The notes beneath the pieces are model-generated. The model saw only the letters and a program-made list of their open reading frames with translations. It ran no database searches and was not told the DNA's origin. Positions 40,259 to 49,751 of a stretch of DNA of 64,000 bases are shown piece by piece. Within the stretch, counting starts at the first letter, position 1; each line of letters starts with the position of its first letter. Source of the stretch: Methanocorpusculum sp. (GTDB lineage Archaea > Halobacteriota > Methanomicrobia > Methanomicrobiales > Methanocorpusculaceae); assembly GCA_029987235.1 (NCBI GenBank), contig DALTWF010000003.1:2641-66640 (forward strand). Direction: 5' to 3'. The position numbers and the translations under genes are program-made.

Positions 40259-41116
40259 ATGACCGATTCATCAGAAAGGAGAGCCAAGCGATTAGCAAAG
40301 AAGCTCTCCTTCTCCCAGTTGGCAGAAGACACAACAGGCGCCACCCTTAGAGGCGTAGTTCTTCTGGCAGAGGGAGAGTGGCACGATTCGCTGACTCCAT
40401 ATCCCACCATATACACCCCGCAGAACCTCGCGGCATTTACCGTCAAGGACAACGCAGGCTGGAGGACACATGAGTTCTCAAGAGGGATGGACGAATACAT
40501 CGGCGAAGCGACAAACATCCACTATGACGCAGCACAGCGCGCCATAGTAACAGACCTCGTCTTTCACTTAGCCACGCAGGCAAGCCGCGACACATTCGCA
40601 GCAATCAAGCACCGGCAGAACAACGGACACCCCGCCTTCGTTTCAATCGAAATGGAGACCACCGACGTCCCGGGAAGCAGAGGGATGGAAGCGACCAACA
40701 TCGCCATCACTGGGTGGATTGCCACAGACACCCCCGCATGCAGACGCTGCGCTGTTCCTAAACAGCAGACAGCCGCACCGGAGGAAAACAAAGGAGAGAA
40801 ACGCATGACAGACTCCAACACAGACAACAAAGCAGCAGAAACTGCACAGGCCCCGACTGTCGAAGAGCACAAAGCCCTCGCAGCCAGAGTCACCGCACTT
40901 GAAACCTCAATCAAAGCACTGCAGGACCAGTCCGCAGCAGATGCCGAAGCAAAGAAAGCCCTGGCCGCAAAGCTCGACGCAGCAACCGCTGCAGCTGAAA
41001 CCGCAGAGAAACGCCTGAAGGCGCTCGAAGCCAAGCCGCAGCACCAAGCACCACTCGCCGCATCCGCGCCAGAGGTTGAACCAATCGCAGATTACCGCTC
41101 AGAATACAGGTTCTAA
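40259..41116 (+). CDS. prohead protease/scaffold fusion
   Basis: H...IG and VSIE protease-like pattern; Ala-rich coiled-coil C-terminus; upstream of the capsid gene. Confidence 0.7.
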   Translation: MTDSSERRAKRLAKKLSFSQLAEDTTGATLRGVVLLAEGEWHDSLTPYPTIYTPQNLAAFTVKDNAGWRTHEFSRGMDEYIGEATNIHYDAAQRAIVTDLVFHLATQASRDTFAAIKHRQNNGHPAFVSIEMETTDVPGSRGMEATNIAITGWIATDTPACRRCAVPKQQTAAPEENKGEKRMTDSNTDNKAAETAQAPTVEEHKALAARVTALETSIKALQDQSAADAEAKKALAAKLDAATAAAETAEKRLKALEAKPQHQAPLAASAPEVEPIADYRSEYRF

Positions 41117-41118
41117 AC

Positions 41119-42168
41119 ATGACCGCCACATACAACGCAACCGAAGAGCTCGCAAAGACCCTCAAGGTTCTCTGCGCGCCAAACAAATCACAGAGAAACG
41201 CCCTCATCGACAAATACTTCACCGGCCGCAACCTTCCGGTCATGACCGACGAAGGGGTCAAGCAGAAGCACGACCTGCTCCGAAGCGAAACCTTAGACGG
41301 AGCCGCACTCCTGCTCCCGGATTTAGTCCGCACCATCAACAAAGGAGCACAGCCAGCGCTTGCAAGCCTCGGCGACATGTACACCGTCCTCAACACCACC
41401 AGCAACCAGGTCAAGATCCCAAGAGGCAATAAAAACAGCTTTGGGTCTTACGCACCGATTGTCGCAGAAGGAGCCAGCACCGCAGTCAACAACGACCGCA
41501 TCCTCTACTCGATGATAGACATCATCAAGACCCGGACAATCGCAGAAATCACCCGGGAAATGATGCGCGACAGCGAAATCGATATTGTCGCCTACGAAGT
41601 AGAAGCTGCAGGAGCCAGAGCAGCCAACACCATCCAGTCCGTCGCACTGTACGAGATGCAGAACAACGCAGCAGCAACCTCCAGCGAAACCGTCACCAGC
41701 GCAAAGACCCTCAAGGAAGCCATCAACGCAGAAATCGCAAACATCCAGAAGAAAGGATATGTGCCGGACAGAATCATGCTCACCCCCAAAGCAGGAGCAT
41801 GGCTCAGAGACGAGCTCACCCCGGGTTACTACGATGGAAACGACCCGATGAAACTCGGCGCAGTTCCGACCCTTTACGGAATCAAGTGCGTCGTCAACCC
41901 AATCGCACCAGCCACCTACTCCAGCCCCGATTACACTCCTGGAAACGGAACATTTGGAGGCACCAATGGCATCGGCGCCATTGTTTACGCGAAGGACAAA
42001 GCAGTCGCAGTCGCCATGCGGGAGCAGATAGGACTCGACGGAGACTTCAGAGACGTCTATAAGGACCTCGAAGCCATGGCGGTCTCCGCCAGATTCGGAG
42101 CCGGACCGATTCACAAATACGACTCAACCAACGCAGACGAAGCAGCCGCAGTCTACATTTCATACTGA
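41119..42168 (+). CDS. major capsid protein (HK97 fold)
   Basis: VAEG, EITREMMRDS, PTLYGI, RFG motifs; size and position. Confidence 0.88.
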   Translation: MTATYNATEELAKTLKVLCAPNKSQRNALIDKYFTGRNLPVMTDEGVKQKHDLLRSETLDGAALLLPDLVRTINKGAQPALASLGDMYTVLNTTSNQVKIPRGNKNSFGSYAPIVAEGASTAVNNDRILYSMIDIIKTRTIAEITREMMRDSEIDIVAYEVEAAGARAANTIQSVALYEMQNNAAATSSETVTSAKTLKEAINAEIANIQKKGYVPDRIMLTPKAGAWLRDELTPGYYDGNDPMKLGAVPTLYGIKCVVNPIAPATYSSPDYTPGNGTFGGTNGIGAIVYAKDKAVAVAMREQIGLDGDFRDVYKDLEAMAVSARFGAGPIHKYDSTNADEAAAVYISY

Positions 42169-42180
42169 GGAGGTCACACA

Positions 42181-42711
42181 ATGACCATCCTCACCCAGAG
42201 CGGAGGAACACTGACCGCAAACTTCGGCGGCAACGTAACCTGGGCCGCAGATAACAAAACGCAGGACGTCAGAGCCGTCACCATCGGAGGCACAAACAAA
42301 CCGATGCTCGTCTTCGGGATAAGCAACACCAAGAACAGCATCTCAATCACCGTCCCCGCAGGCTACGGAGGAGAACCCGCCGCAGTAATTGTCAACAGCC
42401 GCAAGGTTGAGACCGCCACCCTGAACGCAGCAGCTGCAGCGTCAATCATCATCACCGCACCGACAGCCGGAGATGACATCACCGCCACAGGAACCGCCAC
42501 GGCAAAGGTCCTCGACCAGTACGGAGAAGAGATCACCACCGACACCGTGACCTGGTCCAGCAGTGACAGCACAAAGCTCTCCATCGTCAGCTCCACCGGA
42601 GTTTATACACCGGTCGCAACCGCCACCGAAGTGACCATCACCGCCACACACAGCACCGAAAGCACAATCACCCAGACCGTCAAAGTCAAAGTGACCGTCG
42701 AAGAGCCATAA
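42181..42711 (+). CDS. Ig-like capsid decoration protein
   Basis: DQYG..VTWSSSD..SIVSSTG Big_2-like motif; RBS GGAGGT. Confidence 0.7.
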   Translation: MTILTQSGGTLTANFGGNVTWAADNKTQDVRAVTIGGTNKPMLVFGISNTKNSISITVPAGYGGEPAAVIVNSRKVETATLNAAAAASIIITAPTAGDDITATGTATAKVLDQYGEEITTDTVTWSSSDSTKLSIVSSTGVYTPVATATEVTITATHSTESTITQTVKVKVTVEEP

Positions 42712-42724
42712 GGAGGGAGAACCA

Positions 42725-43126
42725 ATGGCATACTGCACCACTGACGACGTCCGCCTGCTGACCAACATCAGCACCAGCGACATCGACAACACCACCCTCG
42801 CATCATTAATCGAAGTGGCGCAGCGCAGATGTGACGCCAGAATAAAACAGGCCGGACTGACCGCACCCGTGCAGACCGCAGAACCAACACTGCAGGACGC
42901 AGCGGCATACTTCACCGCAGCTTTAATCCTGGCACGCAAAAACACCGATCTCTCCCGCCCGAACTCCCACACTGTACAGGATGCAGCCTTCACCACCAAC
43001 ACCGCAGAGGATATCGCATATCACGAGCGCATCGCAAACACCGCGCTGAAACTGTACATTGAGGGACAACTCGCACAACAAGATATACAGGCAGCGACTC
43101 TTTTTTACAACGTGGAGGGAGATTAA
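42725..43126 (+). CDS. head-tail adaptor
   Basis: MAYCTTDDVR N-terminus typical of adaptors; position. Confidence 0.75.
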   Translation: MAYCTTDDVRLLTNISTSDIDNTTLASLIEVAQRRCDARIKQAGLTAPVQTAEPTLQDAAAYFTAALILARKNTDLSRPNSHTVQDAAFTTNTAEDIAYHERIANTALKLYIEGQLAQQDIQAATLFYNVEGD

Positions 43127-43492
43127 ATGCCCCTCCCGGCAATATTTCTGACACATACCTGCGTCATCACCCAGCGCAAGACAACCCAAGCCGGGGGGGT
43201 CGACGCTTACGGAAATCCAGTCAGAACAGAAACAGCGCTCAGCCAGAGACCCTGCCGGTTTGCGAGACGAACTGCAATCCCGACAGAACAAGGTCAGATG
43301 ATAACAGCAGAGTGCATCCTGGAGCCGACAACCGATGCAGCAGAAGGAGATAAACTCTCCACCACCACTCCAGGGTTTGAGGGAGATTACTGGATAAACG
43401 CAGTGACACAGGTTTACACCGCAAACGGCCGCAGCATAAACCACACGAAGCTGGAGCTCAGAGAGACTGAGCACACGCAAGGAGGAGCATGA
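43127..43492 (+). CDS. head closure protein
   Basis: DAYGNP...PCRF...EGDK; position. Confidence 0.7.
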   Translation: MPLPAIFLTHTCVITQRKTTQAGGVDAYGNPVRTETALSQRPCRFARRTAIPTEQGQMITAECILEPTTDAAEGDKLSTTTPGFEGDYWINAVTQVYTANGRSINHTKLELRETEHTQGGA

Positions 43493-43737
43493 CCGCAACC
43501 GAAATCGACCGTTATATCGGAGAACTCGCAGCAAAACAGGAAATGATCCTGCAGAAACTGCAGCAGACCGACGCCAAGATTGATGAACTCACCAACTCAA
43601 TCCAGGAGCTGAAGATTGCAAAGGCAAAGGACGAAGGAGGAAGGAAAGCAATCGGAGTGTTCACTGCCTTTATTGGCGGCGCGATTGGCGCAGTCACCGC
43701 GATTTTAACGGTTTTAATCACGTATGGAGGCCACTGA
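43489..43737 (+). CDS. coiled-coil protein with C-terminal TM (holin/XhlA-like candidate)
   Basis: 82 aa; C-terminal IGVFTAFIGGAIGAVTAILTVLI. Confidence 0.6.
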   Translation: MTATEIDRYIGELAAKQEMILQKLQQTDAKIDELTNSIQELKIAKAKDEGGRKAIGVFTAFIGGAIGAVTAILTVLITYGGH

Positions 43738-44195
43738 TGGCAGGAACCGGAATCGAAATCAAAGGACTCACCGAAGCGCAGAAAGGGCTGGACAAACAGA
43801 AAAAACAGCTGCAGAACAAAATCCAGAAAGCGCTGCTCCGTGGAGGTCTTGTGTTTGAAGGAGAGGCAAAACGCCTCTGCCCGGTTGACACAGGAAGGTT
43901 ACGCGACAGCATCCAGTCCACCATCCTGAAACAGGACGAGGACGAGACGGTGCTCACTGTAGGAACCGCTGTGGAATATGCCGGTTTCGTAGAATTCGGG
44001 ACCGGCATCCATGCAGAGAACGGGCAGGGACGCAAGACACCGTGGATGTGGAAAGGAGACGGAAAAAAGTGGGGAGGATGGCACAGGACAACCGGACAGC
44101 CTGCGCAGCCTTTCATCCGTCCCGCTTTTGAAGCACGCAAGGACGAAGCAGTCAGAGTTATCGCAGACAGCCTGAAGAAAGGTGGGGCAACATGA
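43737..44195 (+). CDS. HK97 gp10-family neck protein
   Basis: PVDTGRLRDSI, YAGFVEFGT, AQPFIRPA. Confidence 0.9.
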   Translation: MAGTGIEIKGLTEAQKGLDKQKKQLQNKIQKALLRGGLVFEGEAKRLCPVDTGRLRDSIQSTILKQDEDETVLTVGTAVEYAGFVEFGTGIHAENGQGRKTPWMWKGDGKKWGGWHRTTGQPAQPFIRPAFEARKDEAVRVIADSLKKGGAT

Positions 44196-44590
44196 CCGGG
44201 ACAAACATAATCCAACCGGTTATCCGGACAATGCTCCTGAATAACCCGGAAGTCTATGCAGCGACACAGGGTCGCATCTTCGATATTTCTCCACCAGGAA
44301 CCAGACCGCAGCTGCCCGCCATAACCCTGCAGAGGATCAGCGAGACACTCAACCCGCTGACGATGGCACGCAGCACCCGCATCCAGGTCGACTGCTACGC
44401 ATACTCCCACGCAGGCGCAAACGACCTCGCCGAAGCAGTACAAAGAGCGCTGACGAACCGCAGCCTCACGCAGGAAGACCTCGCAGTCTTTAGCATACGA
44501 CCGGGAACAATCATCGATTATTTCACGGTTGACACCCGAACATACAGAACCATGGCAGACTATACGGTCGCATGGAGAACAACAGCATGA
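44192..44590 (+). CDS. tail terminator/completion protein (DUF3168-like)
   Basis: GRIF..LPAITLQRIS..RIQVDCY. Confidence 0.75.
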   Translation: MTGTNIIQPVIRTMLLNNPEVYAATQGRIFDISPPGTRPQLPAITLQRISETLNPLTMARSTRIQVDCYAYSHAGANDLAEAVQRALTNRSLTQEDLAVFSIRPGTIIDYFTVDTRTYRTMADYTVAWRTTA

Positions 44591-45351
44591 CAAATTATCA
44601 GACAACCATCCAGAACCCCGGCGCAATCCGCTGGGGAAGCGCAAAGATTGAGATCAAGAACGACTCAAACGTATGGGTCAACGTAGGAGCACTGAAGAGC
44701 ATCAGCGCCACCACCACCACATCCGGAGAACAGAAGTTTAAGCCCGACAACGCACCACCGATCACCAGAGACCCGACACCGGAAACCTGGGACTGGAGCT
44801 TTGAGTTGCAGGAAGGCTGGAACCCGACAATCATCCAGCTGCTGCGCGGTAATATCGACACCGTCACAACCGCAAGCAACATGACCACCATCGGGGTATA
44901 TGCAGGAACCGGAAACAGACCGCAGCGCAGCATCCGCATCACCAACACCACCCCTGGCATGGCAAACCAGGTCATCACGCTGAACAAAGCCAAGTGCACC
45001 AGCGAGCTGGACTTCTCTTATCCAGCAGACGAAGACGGCACCGTCCCGATTGTTCTCCCGGTAAAGGTCAGCGCAGAGATTGACGGCATAAACGGATTTG
45101 GAACAATCGTGACACCGAACGCAGCTGCAACAGTAACCATCAGCCCGGCATCAGCAACCGTGACGGTTGGAGGAACGCAGCAGCTGACTGTCACCGGAGG
45201 AACGACAACGGTTTACGGTTCCCTTGATGTATCAGTCGCGACAGTAAGCAGCGCAGGATTAATCACAGGAGTCGCAGCCGGAAACACCCTCATCGCTGTA
45301 ACGACCGACAGCGTCACCCGCTACGTTCCGGTCGCAGTAACCAGCTCATGA
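44587..45351 (+). CDS. major tail tube protein with C-terminal Ig-like domain
   Basis: Position; TISPASATVTVGGTQQL...VATVSSAGLITGVAAG. Confidence 0.82.
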   Translation: MTNYQTTIQNPGAIRWGSAKIEIKNDSNVWVNVGALKSISATTTTSGEQKFKPDNAPPITRDPTPETWDWSFELQEGWNPTIIQLLRGNIDTVTTASNMTTIGVYAGTGNRPQRSIRITNTTPGMANQVITLNKAKCTSELDFSYPADEDGTVPIVLPVKVSAEIDGINGFGTIVTPNAAATVTISPASATVTVGGTQQLTVTGGTTTVYGSLDVSVATVSSAGLITGVAAGNTLIAVTTDSVTRYVPVAVTSS

Positions 45352-45707
45352 GCAAGACAACCATCATCCACTGCGAGGAAATCGCAGTGGACTCGGTAAT
45401 TGTGACTCTCGGCCCGGTTCAGGTTGACATAAGCAGGATAAGCGCATACAACACGATCCGCTTTTTCAAAATGATTGAAGATATCACCCGATGCGAAGCA
45501 AAGCCGGAGGAAGCAAGCAAGCTCATCCTCGACATTGCAGCAGAACAGGGAGGAACCATAACCGAAGAGGACATCCTCAAAGCAGGAAACCAGAAACAAG
45601 TCGAAGAGTTCGTCCAGACAATAGCACAATATGTTATCAAAACCTACGCCCCGCTGCAGGACACTATCCGCCCTTTTCTGAATCCGGCGCAGACGGCGCC
45701 GGAGTAG
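45348..45707 (+). CDS. tail assembly chaperone (G)
   Basis: Between tail tube and tape measure; contains the slippery site. Confidence 0.8.
   Translation: MSKTTIIHCEEIAVDSVIVTLGPVQVDISRISAYNTIRFFKMIEDITRCEAKPEEASKLILDIAAEQGGTITEEDILKAGNQKQVEEFVQTIAQYVIKTYAPLQDTIRPFLNPAQTAPE
45671..45703 (+). promoter_or_regulatory. programmed -1 frameshift signal (G-T fusion ending at 46000)
   Basis: In-phase C CCT TTT (45671-45677), 5-nt spacer, 8-bp hairpin TCCGGCGC/GCGCCGGA; -1 frame open to 46000. Confidence 0.85.
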
Positions 45708-45996
45708 AGGAAACACCCGAAGAGATAGACATCCACCGGATAGTGGCGTTTGTATCATTTGCCACAGGCTGGTCCCGAGAATATGTCCTGCATAAACTGA
45801 CCTTTGCAGAGGTAATAAGATATGCAGAATACGCACAGGAATGGACAAAGGAGCAGGCAATCCAACAGGCAATACAGATAGGTCGGTTGTTTACGCCACC
45901 GAAGCGCAAACCCATTCACCATGCTGCTGCACCAGGAACTGAGACAGACCTCGGAGCCAACGGAGGAGCAGACGAACTTATCAGGAGAAATACACC

Positions 45997-47865
45997 ATGA
46001 CCGCAGAAACCGACGCAGGGTCAATAGTTATAAAAATAATCGCTGATACTTCAAAACTTGAGAAAGGAACCACATCTGCGAAAAAGGAGCTGCAGAAATT
46101 TAGTCAGGCAACTAAAGATGCCAGAACCAGCACCAACGGACTCCAGGAACAGATGGACCTGACCGGACAGGCAGCCACCGGTTCATCCCGCAGCATAGAC
46201 ACCCTCACTCAGGCAACCGAAGAAACAGCCGACGCAGCAGACACCGCTCAGATATCTCAGGAAGCGCTGGTCGCTGCACTTGCAAAGCTTGTCGACGAAG
46301 CAAGACAGGCAGGAACACAGACATCCAACGCAGGCGACCAGATAGAAAAAGCTGGCACGCAGGCAGAAAACACAGCCGGAAAAATGGACAAGATGAGAGG
46401 AGCTGCAAGAGAACTGAAAGCAGCCCTCGGCACAATCGGTCTGCTCGCAGTTTTGAAGAAAACAATTGATTATCTCGCCCAACTTGAAGATTCAAGCCGG
46501 AAAACATATCAAAACTTCGCCACGATGTCGCAAAACATCGAGAAAGCGACAACCAATTATAACACATTCAACAGCGCCACCAGAAACCTTGTCGGGGAAG
46601 ACGAAACACAGGAAGGAAATGCTGGTTATTATGTGAATAAGTATTTTGGATATGATACATTCACGAAAGGGTCCGCAGGATATAACATAGGCCAGGCCGC
46701 AATTAATGCAGCACAGACAACCGGGGTCGACGTAGTAACCATCTTATCCAAAACCGCAGAAATAATGGACAAGTATAACCGTGAGAGAGGAACCGAGACA
46801 CAAGTCCTCACGCAACTGCTGCAAATAGCAGACACCATGAACTCGCCGGACGCTTTCTCCGATTTGCTGACCGCATCCACCACTTATGACAAGTTATGGT
46901 ATGGAGAGAAGGGAATCGGTTTATCATACGAACAGATGCTCGCCGTTTTTCAGGCTTGGGGGAAAGACTGGAAGAGTGCCACAGAGGAGTCTGCAGTATG
47001 GCAGAAGGAACTGCAGGACATGCAGAACCAGATCGCCGAAGCTGTAGAAACCCTGCCGGAGATAAGAGGAGATCTGGCAGACGCGCAAAAAGAGAGTGAA
47101 GCACTCCTCGCCGAAAGAAAGGATCTCATCGCCGAAAAAGAAAAACGAACTGCAGAAGGGAAAGACACCGCAAGCATCGTCAAAGAGATCGCAAAAATAG
47201 ATGAAACCATCAAAGAATACGATTCTGAAATCAAAGACCTCAAACTGCAGATACAAGAGATGGAGCTCACAGCCACCCAGAAGCCCGGAGACCTTCTCAA
47301 AGAACTGATAACTGATGCAGGAGTCCTGACCGATGCCGAACTGTACACAAAGTTAAATGTCAAAGATAAGGATGAGTTTATCGAGTCCATAGAAAACCTG
47401 AAGACAATCGATGTAGAGAACTTGCCGGAGGGAGTAGAGACCGCAGTCCTGACACAAACCAGCCTTCTGCAGGACATCGGGGGCTGGATGCAGGATATCA
47501 GCGGAACAATCAAGGCTGCATACTTCTCCCCGGAGAACATCCAGGCTTACAGAACCGAAATATCATCGAAACTCGGCAATATTAACCCTTATGTGCAGGA
47601 AAAAACAAACCCCGCGGCAACCGTCGCAGCATACGGTCAACTTTTGCAGGAATATGAAGATCTGACAAAATCCCGGGACTACGCATATAACGAAACAAAG
47701 TGGGCAGAACTGCTCGCAAAGGTTGACAGATACCTGACACCAGGAGACACCACCAACAACATCTCCGTTTACATCGAAACCCCGCAGCTTGACACCTACG
47801 CAGCACAGAAGACTGCAGAAGCAATCGCAGCACAACAGTCGAAAACCAAAGCAGGAGCATATTAA
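45997..47865 (+). CDS. tape measure protein
   Basis: GSIVIKIIADTSKL N-terminus; long helical Ala/Glu/Thr-rich sequence; position. Confidence 0.85.
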   Translation: MTAETDAGSIVIKIIADTSKLEKGTTSAKKELQKFSQATKDARTSTNGLQEQMDLTGQAATGSSRSIDTLTQATEETADAADTAQISQEALVAALAKLVDEARQAGTQTSNAGDQIEKAGTQAENTAGKMDKMRGAARELKAALGTIGLLAVLKKTIDYLAQLEDSSRKTYQNFATMSQNIEKATTNYNTFNSATRNLVGEDETQEGNAGYYVNKYFGYDTFTKGSAGYNIGQAAINAAQTTGVDVVTILSKTAEIMDKYNRERGTETQVLTQLLQIADTMNSPDAFSDLLTASTTYDKLWYGEKGIGLSYEQMLAVFQAWGKDWKSATEESAVWQKELQDMQNQIAEAVETLPEIRGDLADAQKESEALLAERKDLIAEKEKRTAEGKDTASIVKEIAKIDETIKEYDSEIKDLKLQIQEMELTATQKPGDLLKELITDAGVLTDAELYTKLNVKDKDEFIESIENLKTIDVENLPEGVETAVLTQTSLLQDIGGWMQDISGTIKAAYFSPENIQAYRTEISSKLGNINPYVQEKTNPAATVAAYGQLLQEYEDLTKSRDYAYNETKWAELLAKVDRYLTPGDTTNNISVYIETPQLDTYAAQKTAEAIAAQQSKTKAGAY

Positions 47866-49499
47866 TGACAATCAAAACACAAATCGCAGGGTCACCGCAG
47901 ACCACCACACTGACTGCGTTCACCCTTGGCACCAGCACGACATTAAAAATAAGCAATGTCGCAGCCGTCCCGACACTGGGCAGCCCCAACAGTTCCACGA
48001 ACTACATCACCATAGTGAATGGAACCGGACAGGACGCACCGTTTGCTACGCTTGAATACACAGCAATCAACACCGCACAGCAACAGCTCACCATAAGCAG
48101 AGTCGTCGAGACAAACGCACAGAACGGATATGATTTCCCGACAGGATCAACCGCATTCAGACCATACTGCGCCGCAGACTGCAGCGACATCGCCGCAGAA
48201 ATCGCCGCAAAAGTGGCGGGAGTACAGAACGGAAACGGAGACAGCCTCGTCTCAGGAGGCACAGCCACCATCCCGACCGCAACAAACAACACGCTCGGCA
48301 TGGTAAAGATTGGGTCCGGCATAAACATAAACAACGGAGAAATCTCCGTCACAGGAAGCTCGACGCAGATATATGCTTTCACCATCGGAAGCGGGGCAAG
48401 CACCGACGCCATCACATACTCCGAAGCAGCAGCCAACCTTACCGAAGCGCAGCGCCGGGCCGTAGTAAGGTCACTCGCACATCACGCAATAGTAAACAAC
48501 GGTCAAATCGTAAACTGGCTTTATAACGATAACCTCGGATATACAGCCACAGATTACACAGGAACCGTCAGCACCGGGAACGCAAGCGACCTCACAGGCG
48601 CCGCAGGAGACGTTATGCTGCTCTACGAACCAATCTGGTGGACAGTTAGCCATGTGAACGACGGAAACACCACAATCCGCTTCTCTACGTACAAGTTCAG
48701 TCCGGACGCAGTGACCGCACATCAGTATGGAACCACAATATGCAGCTGGCTCGGCCTCGGTGTTTTTGAAGGGATAATCTCAAGCAGCGCCCTGCGTTCA
48801 ATGAACTCATCAGCGAAACCAACCGCCAGCATCACCAACGACGCAGCATATACTGCCGCAGTATATGGAAGGACAAACGGACACTATAACCAGATGCTCC
48901 CGATGACCTGGACGCTCTACGCAATCCTGCTTTTATTCGAAGGAGGAGACAGAAACACCCAGGCAAAGTGGGGTGCAGGATATACAAAGAGCACAAACAC
49001 CGCAAGCACCAACGTCAACTCCGACTGGTCCGCAGCAGCACCCTGGTGCCATGCGACACCGTACACCGACGGAGTCCACGGAGTCACCGCAGGAGGCATC
49101 CAAAATATGTGGGGCAACGTCTGGATATTTTTAGGAGAGTTCTGGAAAGGAACCAACAACGTCGCACACTTCACCATCACCGGAGGAAGCGACCACGCCA
49201 TGATTTCAACATCCCCGGCATACAGCGGAAGCTGCCAGATGACAGGGGTTAGCGCCGCATACATCAAAGACATAATCGGAAGCGACACAGTCCCGTTCTT
49301 ACCCAGAACAACAGGAGCAGCCGAAACAACATACTGGGCAGACTACTGTTACTCCAACACGACACAGTCAAACTGCGGTATCGTCGGCGGCTACTGGAAT
49401 TATGCCGCGCTTGCGGGCTTGTTCCTTGTGCATGTGTATTACGCGCTCGACCATTCCAATGCGGATCTCGGCGCGCGCCTCCAGATATTGATCGAATAA
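47865..49499 (+). CDS. DGR target: tail fibre/adhesin with C-terminal CLec-fold variable domain
   Basis: ATNNTLGMVKIG fibre motif, GIQNMWGNVW, GGYW...AGLF...GARL end containing the VR. Confidence 0.88.
   Translation: MTIKTQIAGSPQTTTLTAFTLGTSTTLKISNVAAVPTLGSPNSSTNYITIVNGTGQDAPFATLEYTAINTAQQQLTISRVVETNAQNGYDFPTGSTAFRPYCAADCSDIAAEIAAKVAGVQNGNGDSLVSGGTATIPTATNNTLGMVKIGSGININNGEISVTGSSTQIYAFTIGSGASTDAITYSEAAANLTEAQRRAVVRSLAHHAIVNNGQIVNWLYNDNLGYTATDYTGTVSTGNASDLTGAAGDVMLLYEPIWWTVSHVNDGNTTIRFSTYKFSPDAVTAHQYGTTICSWLGLGVFEGIISSSALRSMNSSAKPTASITNDAAYTAAVYGRTNGHYNQMLPMTWTLYAILLLFEGGDRNTQAKWGAGYTKSTNTASTNVNSDWSAAAPWCHATPYTDGVHGVTAGGIQNMWGNVWIFLGEFWKGTNNVAHFTITGGSDHAMISTSPAYSGSCQMTGVSAAYIKDIIGSDTVPFLPRTTGAAETTYWADYCYSNTTQSNCGIVGGYWNYAALAGLFLVHVYYALDHSNADLGARLQILIE
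49374..49478 (+). repeat. DGR variable repeat (VR)
   Basis: 105-nt ungapped match to TR; 13 of 16 mismatches are at TR adenines. Confidence 0.95.
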
Positions 49500-49537
49500 C
49501 AGACACCCCTTTTTTACGGGGGGCATTTTGATATTCA

Positions 49538-49642
49538 AGCAGTATCGTCGGCGGCTACTGGAATTATGCCGCGGGTGCGGGCTTGTTCAATGTGAATGTG
49601 AATAACACGCTCAGCAATTCCAATACGAATATCGGCGCGCGC
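49538..49642 (+). ncRNA. DGR template repeat (TR)
   Basis: 25 adenines, none at third codon positions in the VR frame; AAT/AAC-rich; between target and RT. Confidence 0.95.
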
Positions 49643-49751
49643 CAGCAAAGGATCTAAAAATCAAAATGCGCAAATGCCCCCCTGCCCCTTGGCAAAAATA
49701 CGACCAAAAAAAACAGGGAGCAACCAAAGCTCCCCAATCCTTTGGAGAATT

